Positions 55,111 to 64,000 of a DNA stretch of 64,000 bases are shown here, one piece after another. The notes under the pieces were generated by a model. The model was not told the origin of the DNA. It ran no database searches and worked only from the letters and a program-made list of their open reading frames with translations. The stretch is from Octopus vulgaris (taxonomy: Eukaryota): positions 15,624,001 through 15,688,000 of the forward strand of contig OX597815.1 of the NCBI GenBank assembly GCA_951406725.2. The letters run 5' to 3'. Numbering within the stretch: the first letter of the stretch is position 1; each line of letters starts with the position of its first letter. The translations under genes and the position numbers were made by a program.

Positions 55111-55114
<4 letters not shown>
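55034..55114 (+). mobile_element. Short tRNA-derived SINE embedded in (AAT)n
   Basis: A box TGGCATAGTGG and B box GAGTTCGATTCC; acceptor and T stems do not pair properly. Confidence 0.65.
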
Positions 55115-55157
<43 letters not shown>

Positions 55158-57954
55158 TAAATAAATAAATAAAAGGGCTACAGCAAATATTCTGCTCAAT
55201 ACCAATTATCAATTGTTTGACTTTAACCAGTTGACTATGTTCCTTAGTGACTGACGATATGTGCATCTCTGATCACGAACAGAAGTCGTGGGGGAGCATC
55301 ATAGCCGTGTGTTAAAAGGAATTCTTAGAGGTTTGGATAATTCACCTTTGGAAACATGGGTAGTTCGTTCAACATCCTTAAACAATCCTTATTCAGGGAC
55401 CTTTTGAGTAGGATGGGCCCCCCACCTGCAAGGACATGTGCTGTTTATCTTGATATGAGATCACCATGTCGCGCACATGTGGTTGCGATGCATGTGCCTG
55501 GTGTACCCTTATCAGACGGGTAGTCATGATGGGTATACTGGGCTTCGTATATTTTACACCAGTGTCACTTTGATTGCATGCACTGCTCTCTCACTCCTCA
55601 ACAACAACAACAACGACGACGACGACGACGACGACGACGACAACAACAATCCTTTAAAATGGAATCGACTACCTGATCTTTCACGGTGTCAATGAGGATT
55701 ATTATTATTCACACAACTGTACTGGCATGTGGTGAACCCCAACAAGATGTGATCAATTGGTGTCTGTAGGGATATTTGATGATCCTCTATGACCACAAGA
55801 GTACTCGGTAAAGCTTAAGGCATATGTGAAGACACCTCTGCTTGAGATAAGCCAAGTGTCAACGTCTGATCCAATATTGCTTGCTGAGAACCATGTACTA
55901 AGGAACCAGTCCGTGGGTAGCTGTATGGCACATTAACTCTACCTATCTCATCACCTGGTTCTCGATTTTTAAAAACCCACAGATATATTTCTATATGTCT
56001 TGTCCCGATTGATGGAGCACGCATCCTGCTTCGCATCGACCAGGACTCCTTCTAACTCCTCTGTTGAAGACACATAGAAGATTCCTCTATCTTTTGAAAA
56101 ATGGGAATATCCCTCCTCAATTCCTCGCTCTTTTCTAGATGAATTCGTCAAGTAAGGAAGTACTTGTCTTTGTCACATACGTCGACTATTTCTTCACCTG
56201 TTTTGGGGGATGATGAAAATCAATTGCTTGTTTTGAGCCACAACGTTTATAAAAGATGGAATAGTATTGTCGGTACTGTCGTTGCTATTCGTATTTTTTT
56301 TCAACTTAACGTTTTTTTCAAATTAATATCTATGAAAAGAATTTTATCTCAGACATTTCTACAGCATTATGCCTTTGTCTTCAAACGGTGTGCATACATT
56401 TACTATGACACACTATATTCATATTGTGCCATCCATTGTGCAAGTGAAAGGCTCTAAGCTTTAAGATTTCTCTGTATATTAGACATTTTATTTTTTTAAC
56501 GTCTTGTTTTTTTAATAATTTAGATGAGATAAGTATATAGATACATACTGGATGTGTACATACATGCACGCATGCATTCATATATCTATATACAAACATA
56601 TAGTGTTGAATCAAAAATTTTGCAGTATGATGAAGACTCATTTGTTCGATCATTTGAATTACCAGCTCATTGAGTTAGCGTGAGCAGTTCTAGGGAGAAT
56701 GAGTTTGATATTCAAAAGACCAAAGCTTTGAATTACAGATACAATCAATCCGACGGATTTCTACACAGTTTCTCTCTTGCAAGTTTCACTTAGAATGTAT
56801 GGGTCAACCAAGACTATAAGGAAACATGACATTTGATCAAGATGTCGCGCAGTGGGATTGAACCTAGGAAATCATGGTCACAAAAGAAACTTCTTAACAA
56901 TTCAGCCATACATACATATTTCTCTCTTGGTTGCATTACTAAGTGGGGTTTAGGTAGACAAAGTGACTTGCTGATATGTACCCTAAAATTGCATCTGTAA
57001 ATGGAAAAATGTTACTGCTTAAGTTCCATTTGTGAAGGTTTGTTTGTTATTCAAAAACAGCCCCCTCTTCTTTTTTTTTTTTTCAGAAGAGAATTCACAG
57101 AATTTGTTAAAAAAAGACAACACTTAAGCACATAACGACAAACATACATACAAATATACATACATGCATGTATGCATGCATACATACAATTACAGCTTAG
57201 GTCATTAAACTCTGGTCCCTGTCAACAGTCAACAAAACTGGGGTTTCTCTGATAGGGGCGGGTGTTTAAACACGAGATAGAAAAGGGGGCGATTGTCTGG
57301 GAGATAAGGGAGAGGGATAAGGACCCTGTCTGGGATATGGAGTAGAGGAGGGTTGGGGGATAGTTTGTGGGTTATGAGGGTGATGAGGGGATAGTACTTG
57401 AGATCGCAGGGAATGCGAGAGCGAGAGACATCGTCGGGAGCATGAGAAAGTGGAAGATAGAGGAACGAGTGTTTGGGATGTGAGGGAGAGAAGGAGAGAG
57501 GTAGAGCGGAGAGAGAATTATGTGACGTGAGAAAAAAGGAAAAGGGGAATGTTTATTTGAAAACTTACTGTTTACTATTGTATTAAGCTCATGCTGAGTT
57601 GTTTACACACTTGATAGACTACACATATCTACACACTATTTTTCATTCCCCTACAAACATGCCAAAATTCACATATCATGCGCAACTCACACATTTTACA
57701 CACTATATTCACTGCACACACACACAAACATGCAATGAATCGCTAGCATTATGCATATTATATACACATACATCATTCCACCGAGGTCGACTTTGCCTTT
57801 CATCCTTTCGGGGTCGATAAAATTAAGTACCAGTTACACACTATATAGTCGATGTAATCGACTTAATCCGTTTGTCCCCTCTGTGTTTAGCCCCTTGTGG
57901 ATAATAAAGAAACATATATACACATACATGCACACTTCACATGTATACAAACAA

Positions 57955-58365
57955 ATGTGGCTGTGTAGTAAATAGCTTGCTTACCAACCACATGGTTCCG
58001 GGTTCAGTCCCACTGCGTGGAACCTTGGGCAAGTGTCTTCTACTATAGCTTTGGGCCGACCAAAGCCTTGTGAGTGGATTTGGTAGGCGGAAACTGAAAG
58101 AAGCCTGTCGTATATATGTATATATATAAATATATATATATATGTATGTATGTGTGTGTGTGTGTGTTAGTGTCTGTGTTTGTCCCCCCAACATCGCTTG
58201 ATAACCGATGCTGGTGTGTTTACATCCCCGTAACTTAGCGGTTCGGCAAAAGAGACTGATAGAATAAGTACTAGGCTTACAAAGAATAAGTTCTAGGGTC
58301 GATGTGCTCGACTAAAGGCGGTGCTCCAGCATGGCCACAGTCAAATGACTGAAACAAGTAAAAGA
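57955..58365 (+). mobile_element. SINE family C
   Basis: Full-length homology to 17498-17910. Confidence 0.85.
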
Positions 58366-59479
58366 GCACTATGCAATACCTGCTTTAAACATACAGTCTC
58401 CATATAATATGTACGTACACACACATTACAGTACTCTTTACCGCAACACAAATACACAAACTTAGCGCAATTTTGAATTGTAAACAAGTCGGTATGTGGT
58501 CTATTCTTAGCTGGTGATGCTGTAGTACATTTGTTTAGGTGATGACTCTGAAATATTCTAGTCTGAACTGTTTGCAGAATCAGTAGAGTGCTTACAGTGT
58601 AATATTTAGTACGTCTCTTTACGTTATGAGTTCAAATCCCTCCGAGTTCGACTTTGTCTTCTGTGTTTCTTGGGTCAATAATAAATGGCAGTCATGTACT
58701 TGAACCGAAACAATTCATTATGCCTCTCGGAATTTATTATTATTATTATTATTAATTGTCTTGGCCAGTTCATATCCTCACTTACACATAACCCAGTTCA
58801 ACACACCGACACTCTTTACTCCTTTCTCACCTCTGAACCGGGCCTTAACTTCAGCTTCGTCCTTTACTCTTCTTCATCGGATCATCTGGTCAATGCTTCA
58901 TCACGACAATCTACTCCATACACCTTTCTATTTCCTGGTACTTCAACTAAACTATGTTGAATGGAACTCCACTAGTCCTCTAGTGCTCTTCATGTCTGCC
59001 ACCCCATCCTACACAACTATGTTCTTCTGCAAACCCACAATCCCCAAATATCCAAATACCCGTCGCGATTGTTACTGTTGCTATTGATGGCCCCATGTCG
59101 TCTGTCATGCCTTCTTTTTCCAGCATAACTTGATCATAATTCAGGATCATGTTATTCAATGTATCCTTTTCTAAGACAATACGGTGTATTTTGAGAGAGA
59201 TTTGGCTGTTATTTCTAGCAGGTCGTGTGACAATGCAAAAGCTCCCTCGCTTGTTCATACTCGAAATAATTAACCAGCAGAGATGAAGAATGTTGTGTAC
59301 CTGTAATCTCTAGCACTTACCCGATTCCTTCACGACCCTTAATGGTACCCTTCTAAATTGATATCGCCTGTCACATAGTGGTGGAGTTTTCTGGTCACTT
59401 ACCAAGAACTCTTCTAATCTTCCTCCTGACATAACATACCCCAAGATGGCTTTTATCATAATAATAATAATAATAATAA

Positions 59480-62400
59480 AGCCACCACATTTACTACCAG
59501 AAGAACTTGATGACTGCCTGATGCATCTAAAATTCTCACTGGTTGCAAAATAGTGCAGCCTTCATCGGTGTCCAACGTCGATAACCCCAAGCGATGCAAA
59601 AGGAAAGTTTTAGGTAAAAGTTGGCAAGGTCCAGACTGGTGTCCACAAGTTGGAGAAAATTATCCTCCTTGGTGACTTCAATGTGCAAGGATTGGGGCCG
59701 ACTACGAATCCTCAGGGGGTTAGAGTTAAGGTTAACATGGCATTGTAAGCTACAACAATGAGCTTTTGCTTCTCAGAACATATTGCTCGTGGTCCTTCCG
59801 CTACAAATACTGTGTCCCACCTGTCTACTATCGACAAGATGTCGTGTATCCATCGCTATTCCAAGCATTGTCATCTGTTCCACTACGTTATCGTCTGGAT
59901 AAGAGATCAGTAGGGCGTTTGATGTAGCCATCTTTGATACCTACTGTCATGTTGAAAACGAACCTGCACATCCAGCGCAACAGAGGAGCTCAGGGCTAGA
60001 AATCTGTTAAGAAATTCGATGCTTCCAAGCTAAAACAAATAATTACACCGGACTTCTTCACAGACAGGCAGTAGAGTGATTCGGCTATCATAGAGATAAG
60101 GTAGAATTGAATAATAATGGGCCCCTTTCAAGGACGCCATCATATTCCCTTTGGAGTCCGTCGGACCAGCTAGTTGCAACAACCAAGGCTGGTTTGATAG
60201 AAACGACAAGGAGAGCGAAACCCTTCTTGCTAAACAGAATCCGCTTCTCTGATCCCATCAAAGATCTAAGTAATAAAAACAACCTTTATCTAGTTCCCCG
60301 TGCAGTAAATTCATGGGCCTGAAAAATTCCAGTCTCTTTGTTCAAAGTAAAGGCAGCAGGTAAGATCCAAAGCTATGCAAATAAGTGGGACTTGAACGAT
60401 TCTACTACACAAGACTATATACGGCCCTCTGAATCATCTCTACTCCTCAGCACTGACAGACGTTCATAGACAAACAGGAGATATGAAAGAGAGAGAGAGG
60501 CAGAACACTGATATGGTGCTCAACCGGCCATATTCCGTCAATGCGAATTTTATTGCCTTCATTCTACAAATAGAAGTGAACCGTGAGTTTGACATCACTT
60601 TCATGGGACAACACAGAGCAATGTCCCCCATACCCATCACCGACAAGATCCTAGCCCGTGAACCTGCTCAATTGTCTATCAGGTCGCTTAAAACAAAGCC
60701 TACTCCCAGAAAGTTAATGAATTTTCCGTGTGAATCACGGATGTTTTACGCAGCCAATAACATCTCTACAACAATAACATCGTCGACCAGATGATAAGAC
60801 CAGCAGGAACGACGGAGACGTTTTCTTGCACTGGCAGATTTAGTATTATAGTTTGACATTTCTACGACAACATGATGGTCCGCATAGAGAATAGTGGAGG
60901 GGCATCTGACACCTTTCCAGAAACGAATGGCATCAAACAAGACTGTGTGCTACCCACCACTATGTTTTCGGTAATATTAAGCAATGCTTTCGATTGTAGC
61001 ACTTCTGACACCCACATCCGGTACCGGCAAACTGGCAGAAACGTTAGCACGCCGGGCGAAATGCGTAACCGTATTTCGTCTGTCGTTACATTCCGAGTTC
61101 AAATTCCGCTGAGGTAGACTTTCCCTTTTATCCTTTCGGGGTCGATAAATTAAGTACCAGTGACGCACTGGGGTCAGTGTAATCGACTTGATCCCTTTGT
61201 CTGTCCTTGTTTGTCCCCTCTGTGTTTAGCCCCTTGTGGGTAGTAAAGAAATAGATAAGTTGTATAACACTTGCCATTAAGCCGTTTCCAAGAGGTTGTT
61301 CTTGATGAATTCCTTCTCGACATTGTTAGTGAGCAAGAGACGTAGTTAGGAAATGAACTAGTTCACAACAATCTGTGACAATTTTGAGGTCATATAAGCA
61401 TAAAGAATGCCGAAGGTCATGCACCAGCCTGCCTCTAGAAATCTGTATGGAGAAACTACGACCACTGTGAATGGACAAAAACGACAGGCAGTCAAGTGAT
61501 TCACCAGCACTCTTTCAAAAGCGGTACCAACAAAGTAAAAGTCTACCGTACAGTTGTTCTCACAACATCTTATATACCTACGAGTCCTAGACAGTCTGTA
61601 AGAAACATCAGCACATCTACTAGCAGGTCAGTATACTTGACTCTAAGGTGGCGAGCTGGCAGAATCGTTAGCACGCCGGGCGAAATGCTTAGTGGTATTT
61701 CGTCTGCCGTTACGTTCAGAGTTCAAATTCCGCCGAGGTCTACTTTGCCTGTCATCCTTTCGGGGTCGATACATTAAGTACCAGTTACGCACCGGGGTCG
61801 ATATAATCGACTTAATCCATTTGTCTGTCCTTGTTTGTCCTCTGTGTTTAGCCCCTTGTGGGTAGTAAAGAAATAAGTACACTTGACTCTGGATTACCAC
61901 AGCAAGCCAACGTCTTAAGTCTCTTTTGCAGAAAATTCAGGTGAAATGGGTTGAGTATGTCAATCGCATGTCATAGCAGCTCTTCTAAGAGGAATTCTGT
62001 CAGGGAAACATCACTGTTGGTAAGGTGGCGAGATGGTAGAAACGTTAGCACGCCGGGCGAGATGCTTAGGGGTTTTTCACCTGTCTTTACGTTCTGAGTT
62101 CAAATTCCGCCGAGGTCAACTTTGCCTGTCATCCTTTCAGGGTCGATAAATTAAGTACCAGTTACGCACTGGGGTCGATGTAATCGACTTAATCCCTTTG
62201 TCTGTCCTCGTTTGTCCCCTCTGTATCTAGCCCCTTGTCGGCAATAAAGAAATGGGAAACATCACTGTTGGTTAGCAAAAGAAGAAGTTTAGTAACTGCC
62301 TAAAACAATTTCTCAAAGACTGCTGTGAGTTGCTTGTCCCAAGCCAACACAACTGGTGCAGTCTGATTCACACCAGTACCTAAACCTCTAAAAGCAAATG

Positions 62401-62570
62401 AATGCCTCTGAGAAGCATTCACTTTGCTAAGAAATATCAGTGCCCCGCACACTGCACCTTCCCATACATGTCCTACATGTGAAAGAGAGTTTCTAGTCTG
62501 GATAGGCCTCATCAGTCACCTCTCAGATTCATCAGACTAGAGCTACAAGACAATCAGTCATCAACCATAA
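59480..62570 (+). mobile_element. Decayed RTE (BovB-like) LINE interrupted by three SINE B copies
   Basis: APE motif IILLGDFN near 59660, RT motif DNMMVR...NGIKQDCVLPTTMFSV near 60865-60980, KVKVYRTVVLT near 61530, and terminal finger CPTCEREF..WIGLISHL near 62465. Confidence 0.75.
62022..62253 (+). mobile_element. Monomeric full-length SINE family B with a 19-bp TSD
   Basis: GGGAAACATCACTGTTGGT on both sides (62003-21 and 62254-72). Other monomers at 61030-61254 and 61645-61875. Confidence 0.9.
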
Positions 62571-64000
62571 AGGAAAAACACTAGTCACCAGTTTTTTCCA
62601 TAAAACACTCCAATGGTCAGCAGTCATAGAAAACCTAGTCTTTTACCATCATCATCGTTTAACATCTGCTTTCCATGCTAGCATGGGTTGGACGGTTCGA
62701 CCGGGGTCTGGGAAGCCGGGAAGCTGCACCAGGCTCCAATCTGATCTGGCAGTGTTTCTACAGCTGGATGCGCTTTCCAACACCAACCACTCCAAGAGTG
62801 TAGTGGGTGTTTTTTATGTGCCAGACAAGGATGGAAAATGGCCACGATCGGTTGATGCTTTTACATGTCACAGGCACGGGTACCTTAACTACAATTTCCA
62901 TTTCATTTTCATTTTGATGTTGGTGTTAACGTACTTGACTCAATAGGTCTCCTCAAGAACAGCGGGTCACTCTACGATCCAAGGTTAGCACAGCAGGCCG
63001 TCCTACGAGCCATGGACTCACTTCATTTGTCGGGTCTTCAAAGTCACAGCATATCTCCAGAGGTCTCGGTCTTTCGTCATAGCCTCTGTGAGGCTCAACG
63101 TACGAAGGTCATGCTTGACCACCTCATCCCATGTCTTTTATATTCAGTATAATTTTTTGATGAAAATATATTTATACCGTCTGACCAAACCCACTTATAA
63201 GCTCCCTAAAAACTGTACTATAACATCCTCACATAAACTATGACAATACTACATCTTCCAATGACCTAGCATCATCACTAATTATGTCAATGAAACATTC
63301 CTCTACTGAAATAATAGCAGCCTCCACAAGGGCAATGTTATGGCAACAATGATAAAAATGCCTAACTTTTAGTCTCATAGCTGTAGGTTCTGACTTCAAA
63401 CCCTGACAAGCGAACTGTCCTGACTTTATCTGAGGGTCATGATAAAATGTTAAGTCACTCCACTTAAATTTCATTGTTGTGAGATATATCATTTTAAAGA
63501 TGGTAGGTTGTTAGGAACAGTTGTAGAACACCTAACTAAATGCATCACAGTATTAAGTTTAATCAACTTCACTGCTCACCTATCTAGTGTTGACAAAAAA
63601 AAAACACACTGAGGTCAATTCATTTATACCTCCCCATCCAACACCACCATTTTACTTGTGCCCAGTGTAAAGAGGATCTAATTATTAGTAGCCTTAGGCA
63701 GACATTCATACTTACCATCACCACTCTGGACATTTTCCAATGATTTTAATGATTTTTAACAGCCAATCAGGGAGCATCTAGTCATTAAACCTACAAGAAA
63801 TACTAACCAAATCTCCCTCATACAGCTGTGAGGTTAAGAAGTTTTCTTCAGAGACATGTGAATATGTGTATCGTCCCACTGCATAAACACTGTTGGATAG
63901 TATTCTATATTGTAGCCATGGGCTAACCAATACCTTGTGAGTGGAATTGGTAGATGGAAACTGAAGCCTGATGCGCATGTGTGTGTGTGTGTGTGTGTCC

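Noticed and set aside
55034-55114. Functional tRNA gene
   Set aside because: A and B boxes are present, but the acceptor and T stems do not pair and it sits in (AAT)n, so it is SINE-like.
55700-56160. Coding-like unique segment
   Set aside because: Frames are broken and it ends in a short (TAA) run on the minus strand. It is probably a decayed retroelement end that I cannot classify.

Overview
AT-rich eukaryotic (animal) genomic DNA dominated by microsatellites and transposon debris. The tRNA-derived SINE families resemble those of Octopus; this is recognition from memory, not a database search. Nearly all ORFs in the six-frame track are microsatellite or satellite artefacts, or TE fragments. 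The one host gene I can support is a minus-strand, two-coding-exon gene (13849-13627 spliced to 10735-10617) that the ORF track does not assemble. It encodes a 113-aa secreted precursor with a signal-peptide-like segment, KVKR and KK processing sites, an amphipathic helix and a C-terminal SLRFR, and looks like an orphan neuropeptide or prohormone. TE content includes a near-intact IR/DR-type Tc1 (DD34E), five non-autonomous Helitrons and a Merlin-type MITE. There are also relics of Dong/R4, RTE, CR1, L1/Tx1, Penelope, Gypsy and Chapaev3-like elements. Structural highlights are a complete type I hammerhead ribozyme inside a ~423-bp tandem unit (retrozyme-like) plus several minimal or degenerate hammerheads, foldback palindromes embedded in (TA)n tracts, head-to-tail SINE multimers sharing one junction, and a 6.4-kb satellite built on the palindrome GAAAATTTTC.
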